From sequence record OP752703.1: a stretch of DNA of 64,000 bases; one strand, given 5' to 3'. Of this stretch, positions 27,067-36,057 are shown in pieces. Within the stretch, counting starts at the first letter, position 1. Each line of letters starts with the position of its first letter. The notes beneath the pieces were generated by a model. The model worked only from the letters and a program-made list of their open reading frames with translations, was not told the origin of the DNA and did not search any database. A program made the translations under genes and the position numbers.

Positions 27067-27252
27067 TCATTCCTCGTTCAGTAGCATAGCCCAGCCAACA
27101 TACTTTGATCGTCGGATATAATGTTCGGCATAGTTAATACCTACAACATTATGGGAGTCAAATCTTGACCTCAAATACTCGTAAGGCTCCATATGGCCTT
27201 TAATATTGATGGATTCTTCATACCAAGTAATTCGTATTAACTCCGTTTTCAT
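27067..27252 (-). CDS. Micro-ORF array protein (start moved)
   Basis: ATGA overlap; SKYVGWAMLLNEE. Confidence 0.78.
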   Translation of the reverse strand: MKTELIRITWYEESINIKGHMEPYEYLRSRFDSHNVVGINYAEHYIRRSKYVGWAMLLNEE

Positions 27253-27482
27253 GAGTATGCATCCAATCGTAGGTCTAGCATCCACGTGTTAAGTTTGCTG
27301 CCGTTAGAATAGAGGGGTAGGTATTGGTCTTCCAATGAGCAGTTAATACCGGAATAAATGCGGACATATTCAGTCAAGTCAAAGCCTAGATAGGCATTGT
27401 GATAGGCATTTTCCCATCGCATTTCCATTGGAGTTGTTGCCACGGAATAGAACTTCTTTAGTTTTGGCGTATTCATTATCAA
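27249..27482 (-). CDS. Micro-ORF array protein
   Basis: SKLNTWMLDLRLD. Confidence 0.78.
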   Translation of the reverse strand: MIMNTPKLKKFYSVATTPMEMRWENAYHNAYLGFDLTEYVRIYSGINCSLEDQYLPLYSNGSKLNTWMLDLRLDAYS

Positions 27483-27703
27483 TCCAAAATGATGTAATTC
27501 ATTGCGGACAGAGTATACCTGACCAGAAGTAGGCGGTCAATATCATATCCATAGGAAGGGGTGAACGAACTACAGAAGCTCTCTGAGGTATACCCACGGT
27601 TAATGAACGCTTCGGCATTCTTGACATACTTGTCTCGGGGGTTTAGGCCGAGGTAGCAAATATTTCTATCAGAATGTAGTCTGTATTGGGTCATATCAGT
27701 CAT
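27479..27703 (-). CDS. Micro-ORF array protein
   Basis: VRYTLSAMNYIILD. Confidence 0.78.
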   Translation of the reverse strand: MTDMTQYRLHSDRNICYLGLNPRDKYVKNAEAFINRGYTSESFCSSFTPSYGYDIDRLLLVRYTLSAMNYIILD

Positions 27704-27923
27704 GACCTACTGCTAGCTTATGCTTGTTCAACAAGGACTTATGACCATTCTTAATCTGTGTCCAAGTTTTATCATTGACCTTATTTCTATTATATTTGGC
27801 TTCAAGGCGCATGAACTCAATGCTGTAGGCGATCAGATATTCGTCCGGGGTAGTAGCATTAGGCATATCCCACGTGAACATTCTAGACCAGCCGGTTTGA
27901 GGGTTGTGGAGTTCTAGTAGCAT
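27696..27923 (-). CDS. Micro-ORF array protein
   Basis: Packing; motif weak. Confidence 0.72.
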   Translation of the reverse strand: MLLELHNPQTGWSRMFTWDMPNATTPDEYLIAYSIEFMRLEAKYNRNKVNDKTWTQIKNGHKSLLNKHKLAVGHD

Positions 27924-27925
27924 AG

Positions 27926-28105
27926 TTAATCCATTGAGTCCAAGTAAAACATTATCAACTTAATTTTGTCTTTCAGTAATTCTCTGGTAGTATTGTTTCT
28001 AAGATTATGAATATACTTCGGCATATCATAATTTGACTCTTTGAACCACAGAGCGCTAAACCATGCAGATTCTTGTACTGAGTGTTTGATATTTTTGTCA
28101 AACAT
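27926..28105 (-). CDS. Micro-ORF array protein, 59 aa, not in track
   Basis: MFDKNIKHSVQESAWF...IKLIMFYLDSMD; 8-nt overlap. Confidence 0.8.
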   Translation of the reverse strand: MFDKNIKHSVQESAWFSALWFKESNYDMPKYIHNLRNNTTRELLKDKIKLIMFYLDSMD

Positions 28106-28295
28106 CAGTCAAAGACTCCATGGCTCGAACGACTTGCTTGACTTCCACTGAAAGTGACATGATGTATCCACGTCCTTGAATAATCCTAGGACAGAAGTGG
28201 TCGCAGAACTCGGACACCGTAACTTCTTGATTTAAATAGGAATTTGCGGTCTTATAGAGTCTACCGTGTGCTATGGTAAGTACTTTCTTATTCAT
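28098..28295 (-). CDS. Micro-ORF array protein
   Basis: VKQVVRAMESLTD. Confidence 0.75.
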   Translation of the reverse strand: MNKKVLTIAHGRLYKTANSYLNQEVTVSEFCDHFCPRIIQGRGYIMSLSVEVKQVVRAMESLTDV

Positions 28296-28479
28296 CGATT
28301 AAATCCAGAAAAGACGTTTGTATCTTCATTGTAACTAGTAAAGAGATTGAATATCCTTGCCAATAAGAATTGTGTAGGTGTCTGTCTATATACCAATTAG
28401 CATAAGCTTCATATCGGTCACCAAATGTATACAAGTCATAAGCGACTTTAAGTAGAGAAGGTGTATCAGTAAGTGACAT
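28288..28479 (-). CDS. Micro-ORF array protein
   Basis: MKIQTSFLDLIDE. Confidence 0.75.
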   Translation of the reverse strand: MSLTDTPSLLKVAYDLYTFGDRYEAYANWYIDRHLHNSYWQGYSISLLVTMKIQTSFLDLIDE

Positions 28480-28485
28480 ATTAGA

Positions 28486-28680
28486 TTACGGATAATATTC
28501 GAGGATATGAATTGCTCGCTTACGGCGAATGATGTTACTAAATTCATCAGGATAGTGAACCGTATCTGCGATATTCCACGCTAAGTTATTGATACCCCTG
28601 ACTTTTAGTTCATACGTAGTAGCTATACTGAAAGAATTAACAAGGAATTCTGAATCTAGGAATTTATTTTTGTTATCCAT
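28486..28680 (-). CDS. Micro-ORF array protein
   Basis: RKRAIHILEYY. Confidence 0.75.
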   Translation of the reverse strand: MDNKNKFLDSEFLVNSFSIATTYELKVRGINNLAWNIADTVHYPDEFSNIIRRKRAIHILEYYP

Positions 28681-28853
28681 TATTGCGATTCTCTCACTAA
28701 TAGTTCCCTATATTCTGCCATTTCGTAATAATCCATAAGCATTATTCTAGTCTTTGCCTTAATCCAGCGCTGTAAACGCTTATCCGAGTAGAAATAGCAT
28801 GCGGATATTGTGAAACTCACCTGATAATTCATATTCGCCGCTGTATCATCCAT
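28680..28853 (-). CDS. Micro-ORF array protein (start moved)
   Basis: TAATG overlap; AKTRIMLMDYYE. Confidence 0.75.
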   Translation of the reverse strand: MDDTAANMNYQVSFTISACYFYSDKRLQRWIKAKTRIMLMDYYEMAEYRELLVRESQ

Positions 28854-29047
28854 TAGGTACGACCCTTGAAATGGGTATGATACCATAGCACCATTTTGGT
28901 GGTTTGGGTAGCATCAGTATGAACAAAGTTCAACGTCTTTCCGCTAGCAATAATGTATTTCGCATAGATGGCAGAATAGTGTTGCCAGCCAATACGTTCA
29001 GCTTTTTTGAAGGATGCATCGTCATATTTGGCATTTCGATTCGTCAT
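28853..29047 (-). CDS. Micro-ORF array protein
   Basis: TKMVLWYHTHF. Confidence 0.75.
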   Translation of the reverse strand: MTNRNAKYDDASFKKAERIGWQHYSAIYAKYIIASGKTLNFVHTDATQTTKMVLWYHTHFKGRT

Positions 29048-29228
29048 GTATAATTAACTCTCTGAAAAATAAAGAAATTTTCTTAAAACTTATAGATTCA
29101 CGTTTATTATTATTGTATGAAAACTGATAATTGAGATATTCATTGCCACTAGTGAGGGTATTAGAATGATTATTCAGCATAATCCATAGATTACTTGGCA
29201 AGAAAAACATATCTGCACTCTTTTTCAT
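29022..29228 (-). CDS. Micro-ORF array protein (start moved)
   Basis: ATGA overlap; KKISLFFRELII. Confidence 0.75.
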   Translation of the reverse strand: MKKSADMFFLPSNLWIMLNNHSNTLTSGNEYLNYQFSYNNNKRESISFKKISLFFRELIIHDESKCQI

Positions 29229-29425
29229 TCTAAATGATCCATACAATGAATTACATTTTTGAATAATACATGGAAATCATCAGTAATTTCCGTTCTACTG
29301 TAGGTATAAATGGAATTATTCAGAACATAAGATGCCACAGTGGAGTTTCTTCTAATTAAATTCCCACTATATTTCAAAACATCCGACATATTCAAAAAAT
29401 TAGAGGCAGTCTTACGGACGTTCAT
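29225..29425 (-). CDS. Micro-ORF array protein
   Basis: FKNVIHCMDHLE. Confidence 0.78.
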   Translation of the reverse strand: MNVRKTASNFLNMSDVLKYSGNLIRRNSTVASYVLNNSIYTYSRTEITDDFHVLFKNVIHCMDHLE

Positions 29426-29657
29426 CTAGTAAATCTCTACAAAATGATGCCATTTTAACCACAGGGAAGAATGAACTGTAGTAACTCTTAACGAATTTAG
29501 GAAATATGCTATTAACATACGACTCCATAGTCGATTCATTGACTACAGTAGACACGCTAATGTTATATTGAACAGTTTCCATTATCAATGGTGGATTAAC
29601 TGGCGATGTGATGCGTTTCATAGAACCCCTGAAATGAGAAACCCCAAGCGGGGGCAT
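29412..29657 (-). CDS. Micro-ORF array protein
   Basis: VKMASFCRDLLDE. Confidence 0.75.
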   Translation of the reverse strand: MPPLGVSHFRGSMKRITSPVNPPLIMETVQYNISVSTVVNESTMESYVNSIFPKFVKSYYSSFFPVVKMASFCRDLLDERP

Positions 29658-29681
29658 GGGGTAATTATAGCAAACCGGATT

Positions 29682-29894
29682 TTAGACTGCAACAGGAATA
29701 TAGCTGTCAAGATAGAAGATTCGCAACTTAGCATCCATCAAATAATTGATCTTATTTGTCATAGATGACCTCTCTTGATTACGATTCAAAGGCAACCAAA
29801 TACCCGCAACAATGGATAGGTCGGATGTAGTAGGATTTACATAAACGGACAAGATTCTGTTGTATACAACGGTGTTATACTGCAAATCATTCAT
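29682..29894 (-). CDS. Micro-ORF array protein
   Basis: DAKLRIFYLDSY. Confidence 0.78.
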   Translation of the reverse strand: MNDLQYNTVVYNRILSVYVNPTTSDLSIVAGIWLPLNRNQERSSMTNKINYLMDAKLRIFYLDSYIPVAV

Positions 29895-30103
29895 TCGTTG
29901 GTTTCCAGATCGAAGATGAACATAGTATGCTTCCTACCTAGAATGTTGTCAAGCGCACCGAAATGCGTATACGCTATTCCACGAAGATTATACGCTTCAC
30001 TAATGTAAGGGAATGCATCTTTAATCAAATCCTTTATACTAACTCCAATTTTTATAAGATGGAGAGCTTCTTCAAATAGAAATTCTTGATATGTGTTAGC
30101 CAT
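29891..30103 (-). CDS. Micro-ORF array protein
   Basis: RKHTMFIFDLE. Confidence 0.78.
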   Translation of the reverse strand: MANTYQEFLFEEALHLIKIGVSIKDLIKDAFPYISEAYNLRGIAYTHFGALDNILGRKHTMFIFDLETNE

Positions 30104-30104
30104 A

Positions 30105-30383
30105 TCAAGTCAACCTAATGTCGTTAAAGAATAGTACTGTTTTAAGATCGGAAATCGCAATGGATGCAGGCTTAATCTCAAAGACAAACTCGCGGGCATA
30201 CTGCCTTGCAATAGTCTGCACCTGTTCATTATTGAACTTTCTAATGGACTTGCCAGCCGTCAATCGGTCAACACTCGCAAATAGACTAGTCCTTAGAGTA
30301 TACTTGGACGGGATGTAGGGGGCGTAGTATGTACTTCTGCCCGGTACTATTTTATTAGGATAAACTTGCATGTCATTTCTCAT
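30105..30383 (-). CDS. Micro-ORF array protein
   Basis: SDLKTVLFFNDI. Confidence 0.8.
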   Translation of the reverse strand: MRNDMQVYPNKIVPGRSTYYAPYIPSKYTLRTSLFASVDRLTAGKSIRKFNNEQVQTIARQYAREFVFEIKPASIAISDLKTVLFFNDIRLT

Positions 30384-30594
30384 TCAAATTCAATGTGTGG
30401 ACTACGTACTTGGAAGCCATGTTTTCGTCTAACGTTTCATACGCGTTATACTTCGAGTTTCTATAATGCTGGTAAGTGAAGCGGATAAATTGAACCGCAT
30501 CCGTGATAGCAATCTCAATATCCCTAGCATCACTCAAAATATTATCATACAGAATTTCCATCGAAGTACCGAATCTCATTCGATTACCCATCAT
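30373..30594 (-). CDS. Micro-ORF array protein
   Basis: SKYVVHTLNLNE. Confidence 0.78.
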   Translation of the reverse strand: MMGNRMRFGTSMEILYDNILSDARDIEIAITDAVQFIRFTYQHYRNSKYNAYETLDENMASKYVVHTLNLNEK

Positions 30595-30848
30595 TCCACC
30601 ACTAGATTATGCAGATGCAAATGGTACTTACAATCGAAGATACTGTTCAGAATGTAGGATTTCTTGTATTCAAGATGATTCATATACCCCTTAGTGATGT
30701 AGTCCATGAATGAATTATAATTATTCCTGATACTAGCAGTCAAGTTCTGGTAGATCACATCACGGGTATATTCATGACAGTATTCATTACTGAAAGTGAA
30801 ATAATCACTTCGTGATGTAGCATAGACTTCGTATGTCTTATCGTTCAT
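30591..30848 (-). CDS. Micro-ORF array protein, tandem paralog of next ORF
   Basis: EYCHE, IFDCKYHLHLHNLV. Confidence 0.85.
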   Translation of the reverse strand: MNDKTYEVYATSRSDYFTFSNEYCHEYTRDVIYQNLTASIRNNYNSFMDYITKGYMNHLEYKKSYILNSIFDCKYHLHLHNLVVE

Positions 30849-31104
30849 AGTTAGCTACTAGTTCGTGTAGGTGTAAATGATACTTCGCGTCTAGGATTTC
30901 GTTAACCCTAGCACCCATATGATGGGCGATATCCTCCGCACCCTCTTCAATACATTGAAGAAACAGAGAATAATGCCTAGTGATAGAGCGACAATTAATA
31001 AGCATCATATGAGTATAGGTCTTCTCTTGGCAGTATTCAACACTCCATTCATAAGATCGACTACGATTACAGGCGTACATACCACCATATTTCTTATAGT
31101 TCAT
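30838..31104 (-). CDS. Micro-ORF array protein
   Basis: EYCQE, ILDAKYHLHLHELV. Confidence 0.85.
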   Translation of the reverse strand: MNYKKYGGMYACNRSRSYEWSVEYCQEKTYTHMMLINCRSITRHYSLFLQCIEEGAEDIAHHMGARVNEILDAKYHLHLHELVANYER

Positions 31105-31360
31105 CGACTAAATCCGCACAGAAACAAACATAACGATAGTCATTGATCGTCTGCATGAAGTTGGTAGGCTGATGACTATAATAGAGAGTAATCGCGTCCA
31201 CAGAAGATTTGAAGTAGGTAGTAGCACTATCCAGCCCTCGCTGAATATGACTAGTCACATTCTCTAGCTGTTCCGGTCTGATTTGCTTGTATGCATTCAT
31301 CTTATAACTCTCAACCGCCCTTAAATATTCATCGACGGCAACTTTAAGTGGAGTGGTCAT
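31094..31360 (-). CDS. Micro-ORF array protein
   Basis: INDYRYVCFCADLVDE. Confidence 0.85.
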   Translation of the reverse strand: MTTPLKVAVDEYLRAVESYKMNAYKQIRPEQLENVTSHIQRGLDSATTYFKSSVDAITLYYSHQPTNFMQTINDYRYVCFCADLVDEL

Positions 31361-31622
31361 TATGCGCTAGTCTGTGGTAAAAGTAAATCATCTTCCAGTT
31401 TCTAATGCGCTTGTCTCTGCCATTCAGGTTAGGACCAGCATATTCCTCAGCAACGTTACTCTTAATGGAATCCAGAAAGTCGGCCCCATTAATGTGTAAG
31501 AATCGCGTACTGATATAGTTCCACTGAAACGAACACCATATTTTGTCCCTAAGCTCTGCATCCAGATCATAGAATGCAAACATGTCCATTTCATTAATGT
31601 CAGTAACCTGTTTCTTCTTCAT
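31344..31622 (-). CDS. Micro-ORF array protein, paralog of 25146-25391
   Basis: IWCS, ISTR, WKMIYFY. Confidence 0.85.
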   Translation of the reverse strand: MKKKQVTDINEMDMFAFYDLDAELRDKIWCSFQWNYISTRFLHINGADFLDSIKSNVAEEYAGPNLNGRDKRIRNWKMIYFYHRLAHNDHST

Positions 31623-31837
31623 CCTAAATCCACATGATGGGCGCAGTATAACACACGTTTCCAGTGTACGACTTCTTCCAACAGAAGATGACGCGACTGT
31701 TCACCGAACATATAAGCATCACGAATATAGTCCACTGAAATCTGAATCATCCCATTAAATGTAGTTCCTTTATGATGGTGCTGCATCATATTATAAAAGA
31801 AATAATGGTGACTATCGGGCTTTTTCATATTCATCAT
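31619..31837 (-). CDS. Micro-ORF array protein
   Basis: VHWKRVLYCAHHVD. Confidence 0.8.
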   Translation of the reverse strand: MMNMKKPDSHHYFFYNMMQHHHKGTTFNGMIQISVDYIRDAYMFGEQSRHLLLEEVVHWKRVLYCAHHVDLG

Positions 31838-32066
31838 CTATTAGTTGACAGGCATGAACCAAGTAACGCCAGTCATTAAGCTCAACACTCAAAGTAGGAT
31901 TCGGTTCAAACCTATGTTCTTTATACAGTCTCTTGCAAGCTTGTTGGACAGTACGAAAGTAAGATCGGCGAGCGTTTCCTTCAAAGCCTCTGGCGTTCAG
32001 GTTTTCCCACTGTTCTACTCTACGCCAATCATATCGGCGCTCGGCAAGCACTTCTCTGTCAGCCAT
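31812..32066 (-). CDS. Micro-ORF array protein (start moved)
   Basis: LNDWRYLVHACQLIDD. Confidence 0.85.
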   Translation of the reverse strand: MADREVLAERRYDWRRVEQWENLNARGFEGNARRSYFRTVQQACKRLYKEHRFEPNPTLSVELNDWRYLVHACQLIDDEYEKAR

Positions 32067-32298
32067 TCCCTTTATCCTCTGTAATAATATCGCATACAAA
32101 CAGTACGTAACGCCAATCGCCTAACTCTCGTTTCAGAAAGTTCCCCGACAAGTAACCTTCTTTGTTATTCTCGTAACACTCTCTAACGCTTAAAGTTGTC
32201 AGCTTCGAGTAGTCGCCGGAAAACGGTCTTGTCAAGTATCCTTCCCACTGTATGTTTCGCCTCTGGCAATAACCATAGTCGATATCATATACGCCCAT
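32059..32298 (-). CDS. Micro-ORF array protein
   Basis: LGDWRYVLFVCDII. Confidence 0.85.
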   Translation of the reverse strand: MGVYDIDYGYCQRRNIQWEGYLTRPFSGDYSKLTTLSVRECYENNKEGYLSGNFLKRELGDWRYVLFVCDIITEDKGNG

Positions 32299-32552
32299 TA
32301 GTCATCGTCCTTTAGAAGGTCACATACAAACAGTACATAACGCCAGTCGCCCAAATGGTTATTCGGTATCTTTCTTACAAGAGGGTCTGCCTCCATCCAA
32401 GCTTCGTAATAACGCCTAATACCAACGGTAACCGTAGGGTCCATAGACATATCTTTACCATTACTATGTCTATTAGAGAATCCACTAAGCTGGTCATGGC
32501 GTCTATAAGCTAGTTGTGTAAGGTCAAACATCTTAGTAAGGTCCAACATCAT
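32298..32552 (-). CDS. Micro-ORF array protein
   Basis: GGAGG RBS; LGDWRYVLFVCDLL. Confidence 0.87.
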   Translation of the reverse strand: MMLDLTKMFDLTQLAYRRHDQLSGFSNRHSNGKDMSMDPTVTVGIRRYYEAWMEADPLVRKIPNNHLGDWRYVLFVCDLLKDDD

Positions 32553-32585
32553 CTATCCTCCCGTAAGATGCCAGTATACCGTAAA

Positions 32586-32849
32586 TTACAAGCGTCCACA
32601 AGCCTCGTCATCAACAATATCACATACGAATAACTTATAGCGTAAGTGAGACAGTCTGGCGTTCAATAGGCTTTGGTTTATTTCCGTACAACAGGCGTTA
32701 TGTTCGTTATAAGCATTAATCACAAACGTCTGTAAGCTGTATACGTTTCCGTTTAAAGCTTCTCCCGTAGGGAAGTCGTCACGCATACGGTTCAATAGCC
32801 TCTGTTTGAAATGAGGGTGTAGGATTACGGTAGTCTTTGTTATGGTCAT
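32586..32849 (-). CDS. Micro-ORF array protein
   Basis: LSHLRYKLFVCDIVDD. Confidence 0.85.
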   Translation of the reverse strand: MTITKTTVILHPHFKQRLLNRMRDDFPTGEALNGNVYSLQTFVINAYNEHNACCTEINQSLLNARLSHLRYKLFVCDIVDDEACGRL

Positions 32850-33175
32850 TACTGTCTATCGTAAAGGTTTTCGAGGATTAGTGTGGCCGCGTGTAGTTCG
32901 TATCGTAGATCAATCGTCTTTCTGTAATCGTTGCTATTCTTGTGCAATCGTCTCTGTATGGATTCCAAAATATCGTCCAGTCTATCCTTGGATAGATAAC
33001 GATCACACATCCTGATCTGTGTTTTGTAAAAATGATCTGCTCTGTCTCTGTATGCTGAAACACTGAACTGATACTTTGATTTGTATTGATAGCTCTGTAT
33101 GTACGAAGGGATTTTGTAGGTGGAATTGAATAGTTTGTTAAGATAACGTTGGTGGAGAGCAGCAGCTAGGGTCAT
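32849..33175 (-). CDS. Micro-ORF array protein
   Basis: IDLRYELHAATLILE. Confidence 0.82.
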   Translation of the reverse strand: MTLAAALHQRYLNKLFNSTYKIPSYIQSYQYKSKYQFSVSAYRDRADHFYKTQIRMCDRYLSKDRLDDILESIQRRLHKNSNDYRKTIDLRYELHAATLILENLYDRQ

Positions 33176-33217
33176 AAAAAATTTTCCGTGCCGTAATGTG
33201 GTAACTAAACAAACTGC

Positions 33218-33409
33218 TTACGCAGTTTGTTGGAAGAGCAGATCATAGCAGAATATTCTATACTTAATCGTTATTGGAAGTTTAGACGTAGGTCTAAAGC
33301 GAGTAAGATTCGGGGTGGGAAAGACAGTCTTTTGAGTGGGAGTCAGGGCGTTATAATTTTGACAGCATATACGGAACATGTCACTATAATCTTGCTCAGA
33401 AAACGTCAT
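33218..33409 (-). CDS. Micro-ORF array protein (start moved from 33565)
   Basis: MTFSEQ start; IKYRIFCYDLL. Confidence 0.78.
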   Translation of the reverse strand: MTFSEQDYSDMFRICCQNYNALTPTQKTVFPTPNLTRFRPTSKLPITIKYRIFCYDLLFQQTA

Positions 33410-33578
33410 CGCGGTCAATCCCATAGTCAATGTAGATGAAGTACTTTCGGCAGATGGCCGAGTATCGTCTAATACGCACATCATCCGACTTACTGAGCCA
33501 ACTCCACACATGCTTATGCACGAATGATTCAATTGTATGGAAACGTTGCATATCGTACACTTCACGTGCGATACTCAT
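33396..33578 (-). CDS. Micro-ORF array protein
   Basis: ATGA overlap; CRKYFIYIDY. Confidence 0.75.
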   Translation of the reverse strand: MSIAREVYDMQRFHTIESFVHKHVWSWLSKSDDVRIRRYSAICRKYFIYIDYGIDRDDVF

Positions 33579-33814
33579 TGTTGATTCTCTGCATGAAGCT
33601 CTAGGAAGAATGCGAAGGTCTTAACCACTCGGATGTACGCATGCGGATTATCCTTGAACACACCCGATTTGGCAAAGTTACCTTCTAGGATAACATCACC
33701 ATAAGTCTGCAAATAGTATTCACGGGTGCTGTGTATAAGGTACTGACGAGCGTTCTCGAAAAGACGCTCTCCCATGGTACGCTGTTCTAGGGTTTTAGGA
33801 TTATCATCAGTCAT
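33575..33814 (-). CDS. Micro-ORF array protein
   Basis: VKTFAFFLELH. Confidence 0.8.
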   Translation of the reverse strand: MTDDNPKTLEQRTMGERLFENARQYLIHSTREYYLQTYGDVILEGNFAKSGVFKDNPHAYIRVVKTFAFFLELHAENQQ

Positions 33815-34050
33815 AGGTAATTGTACTCAGGCGTTGAGCGTAAATTATACTGAGGCTCGCATACGAAGTCAAGGCAGAAAATGTAAGCTTTAATTTTAAT
33901 ATGAAACAGCATAAATCCTTTCGGACTTACATTTATGTTCACACGCCTAACGTAATCACAGACAGGACTTACATTATCTTTAGGTGTTAGCTCAAAATAT
34001 TCCTGTATGCCTTCTAGTTGTTTGGTGAGGTTAATTCGTTCGCTAGCCAT
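33811..34050 (-). CDS. Micro-ORF array protein (start moved)
   Basis: IKAYIFCLDFV. Confidence 0.75.
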   Translation of the reverse strand: MASERINLTKQLEGIQEYFELTPKDNVSPVCDYVRRVNINVSPKGFMLFHIKIKAYIFCLDFVCEPQYNLRSTPEYNYL

Positions 34051-34274
34051 GGAATTGTTCCCTGTTCTCCAAACCACATGTGGACTGCATAGAACTGCAT
34101 TTTGTAAGTTGCAGCCATCCAATCTTCTCCCTTATCAGTATACACTCTCACGTATCCTGCTGCTAGGTTTGAATACACTTCCACGTACTTTGGCATATTA
34201 ATTTTTGCCATCTGGCGTTCTAGCTTATCAACGCATGAATCAAATGAGGAAATTCGGGTTGGTCTGCCTCTCAT
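34014..34274 (-). CDS. Micro-ORF array protein
   Basis: AGGAG RBS; YKMQFYAVHMW. Confidence 0.78.
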   Translation of the reverse strand: MRGRPTRISSFDSCVDKLERQMAKINMPKYVEVYSNLAAGYVRVYTDKGEDWMAATYKMQFYAVHMWFGEQGTIPWLANELTSPNN

Positions 34275-34377
34275 AGTTCGTCTCCTACTACATCAACGTA
34301 GTGTAGCACTAATTTTCCGCTCTGGTGAGTCCCGATCCCTCTCATATAACTTCATCGATTCAATTTCGAGAATTTCT

Positions 34378-34551
34378 TCAACAGTCTGTGTCTTCCTGCG
34401 CAGTACACTCTGGACTATCTGTAATAAAAATGTTGTCGAGGATTTCGCCATAAAATATAAAATGTTTGTATTTGAGGATTGAAGCATAGTCTTTCTTACT
34501 AGCCAATGAATGGATGATAGCTACTAAGTTTGCTGAAAAGTTTGTGGTCAC
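34378..34551 (-). CDS. Micro-ORF array protein, 57 aa, GTG start, not in track
   Basis: GTGA overlap; ILKYKHFIFYGEILD. Confidence 0.75.
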   Translation of the reverse strand: MTTNFSANLVAIIHSLASKKDYASILKYKHFIFYGEILDNIFITDSPECTAQEDTDC

Positions 34552-34763
34552 GGTTCTTCCTTTAGATATATTTGCTGTTTAAGCAATGTGACCATATCTA
34601 TGTTGTAATCTTCACTCTGAGCGATAATCTGAGTCTTCAAAGTAAGATATTTGTCATATGTGAACTTACCGACAGTAGTCCCTCCGTTGTTTGCATCACG
34701 AAACATCAAAGAGTTTGTATACTGGTTCCTAGCTAACTTCATACTAGAATTGAACTGTCTCAC
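34548..34763 (-). CDS. Micro-ORF array protein
   Basis: LKQQIYLKE. Confidence 0.75.
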   Translation of the reverse strand: MRQFNSSMKLARNQYTNSLMFRDANNGGTTVGKFTYDKYLTLKTQIIAQSEDYNIDMVTLLKQQIYLKEEP

Positions 34764-34981
34764 AGATCGTCTCCGATTGTATCACAGAAGAATACTGCAA
34801 TCTTAATATCCGACATTCGTGCGGAATCCACAGGCGTTATAGTGCCATGGGTCATCTTCGCATAGTGGATGATAATATTTGCAGTAGTTCCATAATGAAT
34901 CTTATAGTACGGAGAGTTGCACATGTATTCTACCATTGCATCCCATAAGTCAGTTCTTCGTAAGTGAATGCGACTACTCAT
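34760..34981 (-). CDS. Micro-ORF array protein
   Basis: SDIKIAVFFCDTI. Confidence 0.82.
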   Translation of the reverse strand: MSSRIHLRRTDLWDAMVEYMCNSPYYKIHYGTTANIIIHYAKMTHGTITPVDSARMSDIKIAVFFCDTIGDDL

Positions 34982-35219
34982 TTGCCATATCCATGTAATG
35001 TATACGAACTTTTTCTACTTGTGGTCGATTTCTCTTTTCGTTAGCATGAAGCTTACGAGCGATAAAACCAGTTGTTGACGTAGGCGCTTTGTATACTTTG
35101 TAGTTAGGATCATAGTATCGAATGATCTTAGTAATACAATCCAATATATTAGGCTCTACTGCATAACTTCTAGAAATACAAGAGGTCCATATTGCCGAGT
35201 TTGCGATAACCATTTTCAT
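34974..35219 (-). CDS. Micro-ORF array protein
   Basis: EKVRIHYMDMANE. Confidence 0.78.
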   Translation of the reverse strand: MKMVIANSAIWTSCISRSYAVEPNILDCITKIIRYYDPNYKVYKAPTSTTGFIARKLHANEKRNRPQVEKVRIHYMDMANE

Positions 35220-35434
35220 TTCTTTCTTTTCGCTCTTTCCGGTTCACATAGGGATACAGCATGGGCGTAATGACGCCAATCATTGACTTGGTAATTCAAA
35301 TCTTCAAGGTTGTATCGTTTCTCGGAATAGAAGCTCATAATGCGTTCGCTCACGTATTTCATCGTGTAGGCTTCGGTTCTCTTACCTGCACGTTCCATAG
35401 CTAGTTTTAAGTTTTCATTTGCGTCGAAATTCAT
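35216..35434 (-). CDS. Micro-ORF array protein
   Basis: VNDWRHYAHAVSL. Confidence 0.82.
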   Translation of the reverse strand: MNFDANENLKLAMERAGKRTEAYTMKYVSERIMSFYSEKRYNLEDLNYQVNDWRHYAHAVSLCEPERAKRKK

Positions 35435-35667
35435 TATACATTATCCATGCAAAAGATGAAGTGCTTCCAGTCCAGAACACTACAGTATCGTGCTTTACCT
35501 ACATCACTATCCCACGAATGACCAGTTTCTCTTAAGCTTTCTTGTGCCATGTTTACGTGACTCGCAAATCTTTCTAAGCTCGCATAGTGATCTTGCCTGT
35601 TATAGGAGATAGCTTTATTTTTCAATGCAATCTCTAGGTTACTGTTGCATTTAATTTTATTACTCAT
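35434..35667 (-). CDS. Micro-ORF array protein (start moved)
   Basis: ATGA overlap; VLDWKHFIFCMDNV. Confidence 0.82.
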   Translation of the reverse strand: MSNKIKCNSNLEIALKNKAISYNRQDHYASLERFASHVNMAQESLRETGHSWDSDVGKARYCSVLDWKHFIFCMDNV

Positions 35668-35855
35668 TCTAACTCCATGATGCACATATGGTAAATTACG
35701 TATTTGGAGAACTGGCGTTGATTGAATTCATACTCACCGCTAGCACTTCGCTTGAAGCATTCCTCTTCCATACTAATACCTTGTGCGTAATTAGGCTTTA
35801 ATGCTTTCAGATACTTGCATGCGGTATTGGCGAGGTCATTGGCAGATTTAATCAC
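35664..35855 (-). CDS. Micro-ORF array protein
   Basis: SKYVIYHMCIME. Confidence 0.78.
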   Translation of the reverse strand: MIKSANDLANTACKYLKALKPNYAQGISMEEECFKRSASGEYEFNQRQFSKYVIYHMCIMELE

Positions 35856-36057
35856 TTAGGTAATCCGGGCATAGGTCCATTTGAAGTAGGACAGATTTAG
35901 CTTCAAGTACATTCAACAAAAAGTCACTATTGGTGGTTACGTCTCTAGTGAAACGATCCCTCCAAGCTTTGTGTAGAATTTGTGCTTCATGCATTAGCAC
36001 CGTTTCTTTAGATGCACCTTGGGGGTAGTATGTTTTTAGTAGGTTGGTCTTCATCAT
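35848..36057 (-). CDS. Micro-ORF array protein (start moved)
   Basis: ATGA overlap; LEAKSVLLQMDL. Confidence 0.8.
   Translation of the reverse strand: MMKTNLLKTYYPQGASKETVLMHEAQILHKAWRDRFTRDVTTNSDFLLNVLEAKSVLLQMDLCPDYLSD

Noticed and set aside
26924-34201. + strand ORFs inside the array
   Set aside because: Antisense to motif-bearing, tightly packed - strand ORFs; no promoters or RBS
34293-34487. 64-aa - strand ORF in track
   Set aside because: The overlapping GTG frame 34378-34551 has the coupling overlap and family motif
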